Below are positions 8,609 through 17,536 of a stretch of 32,000 nucleotides of DNA, one piece after another. The notes under the pieces were generated by a model. It was not told the origin of the DNA and searched no databases. It was given only the letters and a program-made list of their open reading frames with translations. Position 1 is the stretch's first letter; the number at the start of each line of letters is the position of its first letter. Source of the DNA: Candidatus Poseidoniaceae archaeon (lineage in GTDB: Archaea; Thermoplasmatota; Poseidoniia; Poseidoniales; Poseidoniaceae). The stretch is from contig CALSTM010000001.1 in NCBI GenBank assembly GCA_943789275.1, positions 270,001 to 302,000 of the forward strand. Reading direction: 5' to 3'. The position numbers and the translations under genes are program-made.

Positions 8609-9727
8609 ATGAGCGATGCACCTCCGGTTCGAACTGCACTCTACGATGAACACATTGCCCTCAATGCCAATCTCGTGGACTTTCATGGATTTGAATTGCC
8701 AATTTGGTATTCGAGTATCAAAGAGGAACACCTCGCAACACGTGCATCGGCTGGACTTTTCGATGTATCTCACATGGGCTCATTCCGCTTCAGTGGAGAG
8801 AACGTGAAAGAGTGGTTGGAATCCCTAGCCACGCAGCGAGTGACATCAATACAAGCTCCTCGCTGCGCTTACACGCATTTTCTCGATGAAAACGGTCACC
8901 TTATTGATGACATGATTTTTGCAGTCGTTTCTGACAGTGAAATTCTAGGGGTACCAAATGCTTCAATGATTGGCGTCATGTGGGATTGGTTCACATCTCA
9001 TTTGCCAGACGATGGCTCAGTAGTGCTCGAAAACTTATCCGATGAAATGTCCATTATGGCACTTCAAGGGCCTGAAGCGAAAAAAATCTTGAGTACTGTT
9101 TTGGGAGATTCAAATCACGTCGGACGTTTCAAGTGGCAACGGATTGGTGAAAACCCTCTCGATATCGAAGGTTGGATTCAGGGAACTGGATACACCGGTG
9201 AAGCCGGATATGAAATCTTTGTACCAAACGACCAAGCTCCTCTCTTGTGGCGTCATCTTATCGAATCCGGTTCGATTCCAATCGGTTTGGGTGCACGTGA
9301 TACGCTTCGACTTGAGAAGGGATTCTTACTTTCGGGAGTCGATTTCTGTTGGCCTCCACTGTCCGAAGTGGACGATGCTTCCTTCCTTGCACGCGATTCT
9401 TGGGAAACCAATGTCCCGTTCGGATTGGATTTGGAGCACGAGTTTGTTGGTAAGCATCGAGTCATTAGTCACGATGTAGGGGACGCACGCTGGTGGGGCA
9501 TCCGCTATCTCGAAAAGGGTCCGTTACCGAGACCTGGAAAACAAGTGACAACCCTCGATGGGGCTCCACTTGGAATGCTCTCCTCCGGTGCTCCAGCGCC
9601 GAGCCTCGAGAACGTGGGGATTGGAATTGGATACCTTCAATCCGTCAATGAAGGTGACGAAGTCCTTATTGTAGCGAGTCCACGGAAATCGGTAAAGGCA
9701 GTCGTTGTCCGACCGCCTTTTGTTTGA
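8609..9727 (+). CDS. gcvT: Glycine cleavage system T protein (aminomethyltransferase)
   Basis: Canonical GcvT N-terminus (RTALYDEHIALNANLVDFHGFELPIWY...EEHLATRASAGLFDVSHMG) and length (372 aa). Confidence 0.92.
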   Translation: MSDAPPVRTALYDEHIALNANLVDFHGFELPIWYSSIKEEHLATRASAGLFDVSHMGSFRFSGENVKEWLESLATQRVTSIQAPRCAYTHFLDENGHLIDDMIFAVVSDSEILGVPNASMIGVMWDWFTSHLPDDGSVVLENLSDEMSIMALQGPEAKKILSTVLGDSNHVGRFKWQRIGENPLDIEGWIQGTGYTGEAGYEIFVPNDQAPLLWRHLIESGSIPIGLGARDTLRLEKGFLLSGVDFCWPPLSEVDDASFLARDSWETNVPFGLDLEHEFVGKHRVISHDVGDARWWGIRYLEKGPLPRPGKQVTTLDGAPLGMLSSGAPAPSLENVGIGIGYLQSVNEGDEVLIVASPRKSVKAVVVRPPFV

Positions 9728-9728
9728 G

Positions 9729-10865
9729 TCACAAAAACGGTTCCAATGCCGCAACAAATTTCAGCCGCTCCCGTTCAGAGCCGGTGTTCAACTGTACCTT
9801 TGTTGATTTCAATTTCTGGAGAGCTTTCGTCAATCCTTCAGTGTCCATCCACTTCACACCAATGCCAATGCCTTCGCTTTCTGCCACTTCACCCATTAGG
9901 CAATCGCTGTTGACTACGGATGGAACTCCAAATGCAGCTGCATCAAACATCTTGACTGGAATTGCGCCTTGCATGATGTTGCCACGGTCAGGACGATACA
10001 AGGCATACATGACATCGACTTCTTGAATCAATTCATAAAATTGTTCTGAATCAAATGCTCCGCTCATTTCAAATTGTATCTTGTGCTCCACTTGAGTTCG
10101 TTCAAGCAACTGGCGAACTTCCTCATGCGCCACTCCATCGCCGGCAATACGAATGCTCGGACGGTTTTCCTCTTTTATTGAAAGTACGCTCTGGAGGAGA
10201 TGTTGAAAGGGTTGTACCTCACGAACACGCCCCAAGTAACCAATGCACCATGGGCTCCTTGGTTTCGACTCTATGGTTCGGCTCACACTGGGCCGGTTCT
10301 CGATAACTGTTGATGCGTAGCCATGTTGCTCGAGGTATTCCCTGAATCCGGGATGAACTCCGTTTGTGCCAACCTTCCCACTGGAGGTAAGGATGTGATC
10401 TGCCATTGTAAGTCGTCGCAGCATTCGTTTCTCAAGCCGCTTTGAAATCCTTTTCCGAACCAGTGATTGAGGAGCTGGCATGAGTATCCAAGTGTGGTGT
10501 AAATCATGCATATCGAATATGAATGGAAGGGAGTGTTTCTTTTTCATCAAACAACCGATGCTGAGCGTGTCTGCATCATGGCAGTACACAACGTTTGGAG
10601 GTTCGTTTGCTAGGCTTCGCATCACTTGTTGAAGGAATTTCCTCAACCCGATAGCAGTCTTGATGAATCCTCCATAAGGGGTATTTCCCAAATGGTAACG
10701 CATAATGCGAACTCCATCAATCAACTCACTCATTGAAAATTCTTGTTGGCGGTCAAAAGCGTGGACGGTTACTTCGTGCCCTTCCTGCACCAGCCATCTT
10801 GCGTGTCGAATGACTCTTGGGTCTGGTGAACAAGCATTGGTGACCACCATTGCAATGCGCGCCAT
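9729..10865 (-). CDS. Glycosyltransferase, GT4 / group 1 family
   Basis: GT-B fold hallmarks: N-terminal MARIAMVVTNAC..DPRV..HARWL...GHEVTV, and a C-terminal E-x7-E-like region (VPSVVNSD...GEVAESEG). The longest ORF extends to 10916. I prefer the ATG at 10863-10865 because it gives the typical GT4 N-terminus. Confidence 0.8.
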   Translation of the reverse strand: MARIAMVVTNACSPDPRVIRHARWLVQEGHEVTVHAFDRQQEFSMSELIDGVRIMRYHLGNTPYGGFIKTAIGLRKFLQQVMRSLANEPPNVVYCHDADTLSIGCLMKKKHSLPFIFDMHDLHHTWILMPAPQSLVRKRISKRLEKRMLRRLTMADHILTSSGKVGTNGVHPGFREYLEQHGYASTVIENRPSVSRTIESKPRSPWCIGYLGRVREVQPFQHLLQSVLSIKEENRPSIRIAGDGVAHEEVRQLLERTQVEHKIQFEMSGAFDSEQFYELIQEVDVMYALYRPDRGNIMQGAIPVKMFDAAAFGVPSVVNSDCLMGEVAESEGIGIGVKWMDTEGLTKALQKLKSTKVQLNTGSERERLKFVAALEPFL

Positions 10866-10987
10866 GACACGACGATGCAACGACAGAACATGATGTATTC
10901 GGCGAGCGACATCCATCGTTCAGAAGAGCGACAATTAAGGGCGTCTCGCGCTTGGTTTAAGTCACACCCGAACGAGAGAGTGACGAT

Positions 10988-12364
10988 ATGGTAGACCAAT
11001 TACCGAACTTGGGCCGAGAAGCCGAAATGCTTGCTGCTATGGGCATGACCTCAATAGAGGAATTATTCGCTGATATTCCATCCGAAGTTCGGATGAAAGG
11101 CGACCTTCCACTTCCACCTCCACAGTCTGAAGAAGAGATACTTTCCGATGCTCGGCGATTGTTGGGCTCAAACGTTGCCCTTGGTGAGCGCGTTTCGTTC
11201 CTGGGCGCTGGACTTTACCGAAATTATGTCCCTGCTGCCGTTTTCCAATTGGTCACCCGAGGAGAATTCCTTACCGCTTACACTCCGTATCAACCTGAAG
11301 TGAGCCAAGGTATGCTGCAAGCCATGTGGGAGTTTCAAACGCTCATCTCTGAATTGGTTGGCTTACCGATTGCCAACCTTTCACTCTACGATGGCTCGAC
11401 TGCTGCTGCGGAAGCATTGACGTGCAGTGTTCGTGTTCACACCCGTAAGGCGACTCAGAAAGACACCGTCTACGTGTCGGAACTTACGCCACCTGACCGT
11501 CTCTCGGTCATGGAAAATTATTGTCAGGGCGCTGAAATCAAGATTAAACTACTGCGCCATCTCGACGACGGAACACTTGATATGGATTCTGTTTCAGATG
11601 CAATCGGTTCGTGTGGCGTTTACGTCGAACAACCGAATCCACTGGGACTTCTGGACGGCGGTGTAACTCAATTGAAAGAAATCCTTGGCGAACATACGGC
11701 ACTTATTGTCGGTGTTCAGCCTGTCTCGCTGGGCTTAGTTGAAGCTCCAGGGCACTACGGCGCAGACATTGTTGTCGGAGAAGGCCAACCTTTGGGCAGC
11801 CCGATTACCGGCGGTGGGCCAATCTACGGAATCTTCGCTTGCTCCAAACCGTACCTTCGGCTGATGCCTGGGCGCATCGTTGGCCGAAGCATCGACGTCG
11901 ATGGAAAAACTGCTTACTGCCTGACCCTCTCTACTCGTGAGCAACACATTCGACGACATAGAGCGACATCGAACATCTGTACAAACGAGACGCTTATTGC
12001 TCTCATGGGTGCAATGCATATGGCATTACTGGGGCCCGAAGGTCTCTATGACCTTGCTGTGCGAAACATGACTGCTTGCATCATGGGCAAACAAAAAATT
12101 GCCACGATTGACGGAATCAACATGCCTCACTCGAACGGTGAGCACTTCAACGAATTTGCGATTGAACTGCCTGGTTTAACAGAGGATTGCCTTGAGTACC
12201 TCGATTCCGTTGGAATCGTCGGCGGCTTTAATCTTGCATCATGGTACCCAAATCGCACGAATTGGATGCTAGTGACGTTTACAGACCAAACTCAAGTTCA
12301 TCACATCGACCTCTTGGTCAAGCATCTCTCTGAATGGACATCAACACTGGAGGTGGCAGCATGA
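10988..12364 (+). CDS. gcvPA: Glycine dehydrogenase (decarboxylating) subunit 1
   Basis: Typical GcvPA N-terminus (...EMLAAMGMTSIEELFADIP...). 458 aa. Paired with subunit 2 through an ATGA overlap. Confidence 0.92.
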   Translation: MVDQLPNLGREAEMLAAMGMTSIEELFADIPSEVRMKGDLPLPPPQSEEEILSDARRLLGSNVALGERVSFLGAGLYRNYVPAAVFQLVTRGEFLTAYTPYQPEVSQGMLQAMWEFQTLISELVGLPIANLSLYDGSTAAAEALTCSVRVHTRKATQKDTVYVSELTPPDRLSVMENYCQGAEIKIKLLRHLDDGTLDMDSVSDAIGSCGVYVEQPNPLGLLDGGVTQLKEILGEHTALIVGVQPVSLGLVEAPGHYGADIVVGEGQPLGSPITGGGPIYGIFACSKPYLRLMPGRIVGRSIDVDGKTAYCLTLSTREQHIRRHRATSNICTNETLIALMGAMHMALLGPEGLYDLAVRNMTACIMGKQKIATIDGINMPHSNGEHFNEFAIELPGLTEDCLEYLDSVGIVGGFNLASWYPNRTNWMLVTFTDQTQVHHIDLLVKHLSEWTSTLEVAA

Positions 12365-13860
12365 GTCATCTGTTTGAGCACAACGGTGCGAAAGGACAAG
12401 GATATTCGCAACCTGCTCCGGTTTTGCCTGCTTCAGAAATTTCCCTTCCTTCTGGATTGAGTCGAAAGGAACTTCCTCGATGGCCCCGGCTCTCTGAACC
12501 TGAAATGGTGCGCCATTACACATGGCTCTCGAAGAGGAACTTTGGTATCGATACTGGATTTTATCCTCTCGGTTCGTGTACAATGAAACACAATCCTCGT
12601 GTCAATGAAGTGATCGCTCAGATTCCTGGAATTGCAGACATCCATCCACATCAGCCCGAACATCACCTTCAGGGGCTATTGGCCATCTATTACGAGATGC
12701 AATACATGCTCGAGGTTTGTGCAGGAATGGACCAAGTGACTCTCCAACCTGTAGCCGGTGCTCAAGGTGAATTCACTGCAGTTCGTTGCATCCAAGAATA
12801 TTTCCGACTGCGTGGAGAAGACCAACGTACCAAGGTGATTGTCCCTGACTCTGCTCACGGAACCAATCCTGCCAGCGCCGCAATGTGCGGATTTGAGATT
12901 GTTGAAATCCCAAGCCGTGTCGATGGGCGAATTGATTTAGATGCTTTGCGGGCAGTGGCTGACGATACCATTGCAGTGATGATGATTACAAATCCAAATA
13001 CGCTTGGATTGTTTGAAGAAGACATTTTGGAAGCCTCAGCAATTATTCACGGTGTAGGTGGGCAAATGTACTACGATGGGGCAAATTTCAATGCCATATT
13101 GGGAATTACTTCTCCAGGCTTGATGGGCTTTGACGCAGTGCATTTCAATCTTCACAAAACCTTCAGCCAACCCCACGGTGGTGGCGGTCCTGGCTCCGGT
13201 CCAATTGGTGTCAAATCCCATCTTGCCGATTTCTTGCCGGGTCCACTGGTTGCTCAACGTGCCCCTGAGGGCGACGAGGTGGAAACCGCCATTGATGGCC
13301 ATTGGTATTCTTGGTTCCAACCGACTCACTCCATCGGTAAAGTTCAGCAATGGCACGGTAATGCGGGTGCAGTCATACGCTGCTGGGCGTACTATCGACG
13401 CTACGGTCGTGGCCTTCGCACAATGTCTGAGCATGCTGTACTCAACGCCAATTATCTGCGGCATGCCATCCACAAAGCAACCAAAGAAGCCGGTGTTGAT
13501 TCACTGGTTGTCGACGGTGCGGAAGCCAAGGTCGCCAAGCACGAATTCACACTTTCGCTTGCACCTGCTAAAGAAGCGCATGGAATTTCGGCTATGGATG
13601 TGGCCAAAGGCTTGCTCGATATGGGTTACATGGCACCAACTGTTTACTTCCCGCTGGTCGTACCAGAGTGTATGATGGTGGAGCCTACCGAAACTGAAAG
13701 TAAGGATACCCTCGATACCTTCGCTACCCACTTCGCTGAGGTTCTGCAAGTTGATGCAGAAACCCTCCATGCCGCACCGATTACTACGCCAGTTCGGCGT
13801 GTTGACGAAGTCTATGCCGCTCGTAACCTTTGTTTGCGTCATCCGTACGATGATGCGTAA
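12361..13860 (+). CDS. gcvPB: Glycine dehydrogenase (decarboxylating) subunit 2
   Basis: GcvPB-like throughout (GSCTMKHNP, PDSAHGTNPASA, NLHKTFSQPHGGGGPG with the PLP lysine). The ATG at 12361 overlaps the gcvPA stop (ATGA) and follows a GGAGGTGG Shine-Dalgarno-like site. The ORF-track start at 12334 is less likely. Confidence 0.92.
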   Translation: MSHLFEHNGAKGQGYSQPAPVLPASEISLPSGLSRKELPRWPRLSEPEMVRHYTWLSKRNFGIDTGFYPLGSCTMKHNPRVNEVIAQIPGIADIHPHQPEHHLQGLLAIYYEMQYMLEVCAGMDQVTLQPVAGAQGEFTAVRCIQEYFRLRGEDQRTKVIVPDSAHGTNPASAAMCGFEIVEIPSRVDGRIDLDALRAVADDTIAVMMITNPNTLGLFEEDILEASAIIHGVGGQMYYDGANFNAILGITSPGLMGFDAVHFNLHKTFSQPHGGGGPGSGPIGVKSHLADFLPGPLVAQRAPEGDEVETAIDGHWYSWFQPTHSIGKVQQWHGNAGAVIRCWAYYRRYGRGLRTMSEHAVLNANYLRHAIHKATKEAGVDSLVVDGAEAKVAKHEFTLSLAPAKEAHGISAMDVAKGLLDMGYMAPTVYFPLVVPECMMVEPTETESKDTLDTFATHFAEVLQVDAETLHAAPITTPVRRVDEVYAARNLCLRHPYDDA

Positions 13861-13895
13861 GAAATGCGTATATATCGCACCGAGGTAGCAAGGAC

Positions 13896-14564
13896 ATGGA
13901 TGTCCGTAAAATGCGCACATTTGGCTGGACCCGTGTCGAGCTAACTTCGCGTCCTTCACGGGTACTTTACCCGATTGCATGGGGCTTACTCCCTCTGGGC
14001 TTTATCTTCATGATGTGGTTGTTCGGTTCACTGCAGGAGTTCATCCCTTGGCTTGGTGCGGCGAGTATGTTGCTTATGCTCATGGGTGGATTAGCTGGCG
14101 TGTCGAGTCGATTCGGTACCCTGAACGCATCGAAAGTTGGTATAGGATTGGTCTCCATCTGCTTTGGTGTCATGGTTTGGGCACTTGTCGCACAAGAAAC
14201 GGTTTCCGTTGCTTTTGGTCTTGTATACTCTGGAATCTCGGTTTATGTTTTGGTCAAGGCACTCGATTTCATTTTCCGTGATTCAGGTTATGTTTTCGAA
14301 AGGGAATGGGATGCGAAGCAAAAACTACCCCGCCAATCTCTTCACGATTGGGACATCAAATCGACCCGTTTTTCTCAAACATGTATGGCGTTGAAACGTT
14401 TTAATGGCAATTGCTTTGTTCAAATGTATGGAGTTGTACGAGATGGCAAATCGTATTTACGTTTTGATCTGCTTGGATGCCAGTCGAAACTCGAGTTTAA
14501 AGCGTTGAACTTCGGTGTGGAATGGCCTGACTTCCAAGCAATAACTTTGGCAGAAGAAGAATGA
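13896..14564 (+). CDS. Hypothetical membrane protein (about 4 TM) with ~90-aa C-terminal soluble domain
   Basis: Four hydrophobic helices lie between residues ~25 and 125, followed by a charged domain. No recognisable family motif. Confidence 0.5.
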   Translation: MDVRKMRTFGWTRVELTSRPSRVLYPIAWGLLPLGFIFMMWLFGSLQEFIPWLGAASMLLMLMGGLAGVSSRFGTLNASKVGIGLVSICFGVMVWALVAQETVSVAFGLVYSGISVYVLVKALDFIFRDSGYVFEREWDAKQKLPRQSLHDWDIKSTRFSQTCMALKRFNGNCFVQMYGVVRDGKSYLRFDLLGCQSKLEFKALNFGVEWPDFQAITLAEEE

Positions 14565-14601
14565 TTTCGCCTTCTCGTTTTCTTCGATTTCAAGAGGCAT
14601 C

Positions 14602-15111
14602 TTGATGAACCACCCGCGCAGGGACAGACTCATGGATGTAACAATTCTACTCGGGTCCTCATCGGACATGCCAGTTGCCGAAAAATGTACGAAAATTCTT
14701 GAACACTTCAATGTGAGTTACCAGCTGAGAGTCGCCAGTGCACACCGTTCACCTCAGTTTGTTGAGCAAATCATTCACGATGCAGAGAAGGATGGATGCC
14801 AACTTTTCATCGCAATGGCAGGACTTGCGGCTGCACTTCCGGGTGCAGTGGCTGCCTTAACCACAAAGCCAGTCATTGGTGTTCCATGCGGTGGTCGAGT
14901 TCCTTTTGATTCCCTCCTTTCTATCGTCCAGTTGCCTCCAGGTGTTCCTGCTGCAACCGTTGGTGTAGACCGAGGTGATAACGCAGGTTACTTGGCAACC
15001 CAGATTTTGGCACTCAAAAATCCAGAGTATGCAGCAGCACTTAAGCAAAACAAACTCGACCAAGTCGAGAGAGTAAAGGCCCAAGACCGTGAGGTCAATG
15101 GGGGCGCTTGA
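14602..15111 (+). CDS. purE: N5-carboxyaminoimidazole ribonucleotide mutase (PurE, class I-like)
   Basis: ILLGSSSDMPV, VASAHRSP, FIAMAGLAAALPG, VIGVP and DSLLSIVQLPPGVP are all PurE motifs. An alternative start at 14632 (MDVTILLGS) fits the family N-terminus better. Confidence 0.88.
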   Translation: MMNHPRRDRLMDVTILLGSSSDMPVAEKCTKILEHFNVSYQLRVASAHRSPQFVEQIIHDAEKDGCQLFIAMAGLAAALPGAVAALTTKPVIGVPCGGRVPFDSLLSIVQLPPGVPAATVGVDRGDNAGYLATQILALKNPEYAAALKQNKLDQVERVKAQDREVNGGA

Positions 15112-15112
15112 G

Positions 15113-16063
15113 ATGTTTGATTCCAATGAATTCATCCAAGAATCCATTGAATCACTCAAATCTACAATTGATGATGTTGCTATCATTGCCTGCTCTGGCG
15201 GTGTTGATTCGACCGTGGCGGCAGTTATTGCCAACCAAGCGGTTGGTGGACTGCTGCACTGTGTCTATGTGGACACTGGATTCATGCGCAAGGGAGAGAC
15301 CGAAGAGATTGAAGCTCTTCTCGCTGCACAAGGAATCAAAAATCTAGTGACCGTCAAGGCCGCAGACCGCTATTTTGAGGCACTCAAGGGCGTAACTGAA
15401 CCTGAACAAAAAAGGAAAGTCATTGGAGAACTGTTCATTCGAATTTTTGAAGATGAACAGAAAAAGTGTGGCGCTAAATACCTTGTTCAAGGCACCATTG
15501 CACCGGACTGGATCGAATCCGGTGGTGGTGTTCGTGACACCATTAAGTCGCATCACAACGTTGGTGGACTTCCAGAAGATATGACGCTCACCGTCGTCGA
15601 GCCATTGCGTGATTTGTACAAAGACGAAGTTCGAGAATTGGCTCGCACTCTCAAGATCAATGTCGCAGAACGTCAACCTTTCCCAGGTCCTGGACTTGCA
15701 GTCCGTACGCTCGGTGATTTAACGCCTGAGCGTGTGGCTGTCGTTCGTGAAGCATGCGCAATTGTGGAGGAGGAGTTTGAGCGAGCAGCAGAAGCCGGAG
15801 AGATGGAGATTCCATGGCAATACTTCGCTGCATTACTCCCCGTCCGCAGCGTTGGTGTCCACGGTGATGTACGTGCTTACGGCGAAACAATTGTTGTTCG
15901 TGCAGTCCAATCCATGGATGGTATGTCCGCTCGTTATTCTGAGATTCCACATCACATTTTGCAGAAAATAAGCACCCGAATAACCAACACAGTGAAAGGT
16001 GCAGCAAACAGAGTTGTGTACGACATCACCCACAAGCCACCGGGCACAATCGAGTGGGAATGA
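15113..16063 (+). CDS. guaA: GMP synthase (glutamine-hydrolysing) subunit B, ATP-pyrophosphatase subunit (archaeal split form)
   Basis: PP-loop SGGVDS. The conserved C-terminal dimerisation region ends ...KPPGTIEWE, the canonical GuaA C-terminus. No GATase domain is fused. The ATG at 15113 lies 1 nt after the purE stop. Confidence 0.9.
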   Translation: MFDSNEFIQESIESLKSTIDDVAIIACSGGVDSTVAAVIANQAVGGLLHCVYVDTGFMRKGETEEIEALLAAQGIKNLVTVKAADRYFEALKGVTEPEQKRKVIGELFIRIFEDEQKKCGAKYLVQGTIAPDWIESGGGVRDTIKSHHNVGGLPEDMTLTVVEPLRDLYKDEVRELARTLKINVAERQPFPGPGLAVRTLGDLTPERVAVVREACAIVEEEFERAAEAGEMEIPWQYFAALLPVRSVGVHGDVRAYGETIVVRAVQSMDGMSARYSEIPHHILQKISTRITNTVKGAANRVVYDITHKPPGTIEWE

Positions 16064-16084
16064 CATTCGGAAAGTTGTATTTTA

Positions 16085-16157
16085 CGCCGATTGAGGGGTT
16101 CGAACCCTCGACCTTGGGATTAACAGTCCCACGCTCCACCAGCTAAGCTAAATCGGC
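16085..16157 (-). tRNA. tRNA-Asn (anticodon GTT), 73 nt, no encoded CCA, no intron
   Basis: Hand-folded cloverleaf: acceptor GCCGATT/AATCGGC, D-stem GCTT/GAGC, anticodon stem TGGGA/TCCCA with loop CTGTTAA, T-arm GAGGG-TTCGAAC-CCCTC, discriminator G. Confidence 0.9.
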
Positions 16158-16192
16158 ATCGTTGGCGAACCGCCTCCCCTTTATGACGGCTT

Positions 16193-17536
16193 CTATTGTT
16201 CAGACTCGTCGACGGTCCTGATGAGTCGCCGAAACGGTGCTGATTTTTGGTCGCTAATGCGCAGTGCATGGTTGAGTTTCGTGATGTGCTCCGAGCTTAA
16301 TGGCTCTTCATGATGGACTGTAATCCATTTGTCACCCGCAGTGATGGCTTCATTTTTCCGTGCAGTTAGGATAAATCCGACAGCATGCAGTATTTCGTCC
16401 TCCATTGAGAAGCGCCCTGCACCCAGCTCACGTGCAACCTCAGCAAGTGCCATCGCATCGATCGATTGTACAAAACCTGATTGTGAAGAAAGGAATTCTG
16501 TCGAGCGCTGAGACTTGGGGAGGACAGATTCGGGGTCAAGGGCAAGTTTGGTTGCAACTGCAATTTCAGTGCCTTGTTGTACGCACATTTTGACAAATGT
16601 TTCCAACGCTTGACCGTTATCGAGAACTCGGGCAATCCTGCTCTTTCCCTCTTCAAGCGTTGCTGTCTTTCCGGTGAGGTGCAATAATTGTCCGCCTTGG
16701 AGCATCACCAACTCTCGTGTGTCCCCCGAACCATGACCTTGGAGTACGAGTATACTCCCTGTAACTTCCAGAGCGTTACCAATATGCGTTCCAATCGGTT
16801 CGTTCATGTCTGTGACTTGAGCAATAGTTTTGATTCCCAGACCGTTGGCAGTACGAACCATTGATTCAGCCAATTGGACCGCATCATGTTCTGTTTTCAT
16901 AAATGCTGCTCGACCGCATTTGACATCAAGAACCAGTGCATTCAAGCCCTCAGCCGCCTTTTTAGAGACAATGGATGCGGTAATGAGCGGTATACTGTCC
17001 ACGGTATCCGTGACATCGCGTATTGCATAGAGCAGACCATCAGCGGGAGCGATTGAATCGTTTTGTGCTGCAATGCAACAGCCAACACTTTCAACAGTCT
17101 TGGACATTTTTTCGGGAGAAAGATTGCAATTGAACCCGGGAATGGATTCGAGCTTGTCAATGGTTCCTCCAGTATGACCCAAGCCGCGACCGGCAAGCAT
17201 CGGGACACGAACTCCACATGCGGCAAGAGCTGGAGCAAGTATGAGTGACATCTTGTCACCGACTCCACCTGTACTGTGCTTGTCGCAGACATTTGAATCA
17301 CCTCGCCAAGTGAGTACGGCTCCTGAATTCATCATTCCTGCGGTGAGGGCTGTCGTCTCTTCAACTGAAATGCCATGCGAATGAACACATTTCAACCAGA
17401 CTTCGATAAGTTCAACGGGTAGTGTACGTCGTGCGACTCCATCGATGAAAGCGTTTAAATCTCCAAGGACCATTTTCTCACCGCTACGAACAGCCTCGCA
17501 CATTCGCTGGATGAGTGTATGACTCATGTCGCTCAC
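16193..17536 (-). CDS. deoA: Thymidine / pyrimidine-nucleoside phosphorylase family protein
   Basis: The DKHSTGGVGDK motif and the glycosyltransferase family 3 layout. At 447 aa it matches bacterial-type TP/PyNP rather than the ~500-aa archaeal AMP phosphorylase with its extra N-terminal domain. The GTG at 17536 overlaps the upstream stop by 4 nt; the first ATG is at 17527. Confidence 0.85.
   Translation of the reverse strand: MSDMSHTLIQRMCEAVRSGEKMVLGDLNAFIDGVARRTLPVELIEVWLKCVHSHGISVEETTALTAGMMNSGAVLTWRGDSNVCDKHSTGGVGDKMSLILAPALAACGVRVPMLAGRGLGHTGGTIDKLESIPGFNCNLSPEKMSKTVESVGCCIAAQNDSIAPADGLLYAIRDVTDTVDSIPLITASIVSKKAAEGLNALVLDVKCGRAAFMKTEHDAVQLAESMVRTANGLGIKTIAQVTDMNEPIGTHIGNALEVTGSILVLQGHGSGDTRELVMLQGGQLLHLTGKTATLEEGKSRIARVLDNGQALETFVKMCVQQGTEIAVATKLALDPESVLPKSQRSTEFLSSQSGFVQSIDAMALAEVARELGAGRFSMEDEILHAVGFILTARKNEAITAGDKWITVHHEEPLSSEHITKLNHALRISDQKSAPFRRLIRTVDESEQ

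Noticed and set aside
13501-13980. 159-aa minus-strand ORF antisense to the 3' end of gcvPB and the start of the next gene
   Set aside because: It overlaps a strongly conserved gcvPB region and bridges an intergenic gap, and it has no motifs. Shadow ORF.
16193-17536. Archaeal AMP phosphorylase (DeoA-type, pentose bisphosphate pathway) instead of thymidine phosphorylase
   Set aside because: The protein is 447 aa and starts directly with the alpha-helical TP domain. It lacks the ~80-aa N-terminal extension of characterised archaeal AMP phosphorylases and carries the TP-type KHSTGGVGD motif. No RuBisCO or R15P isomerase genes are nearby.
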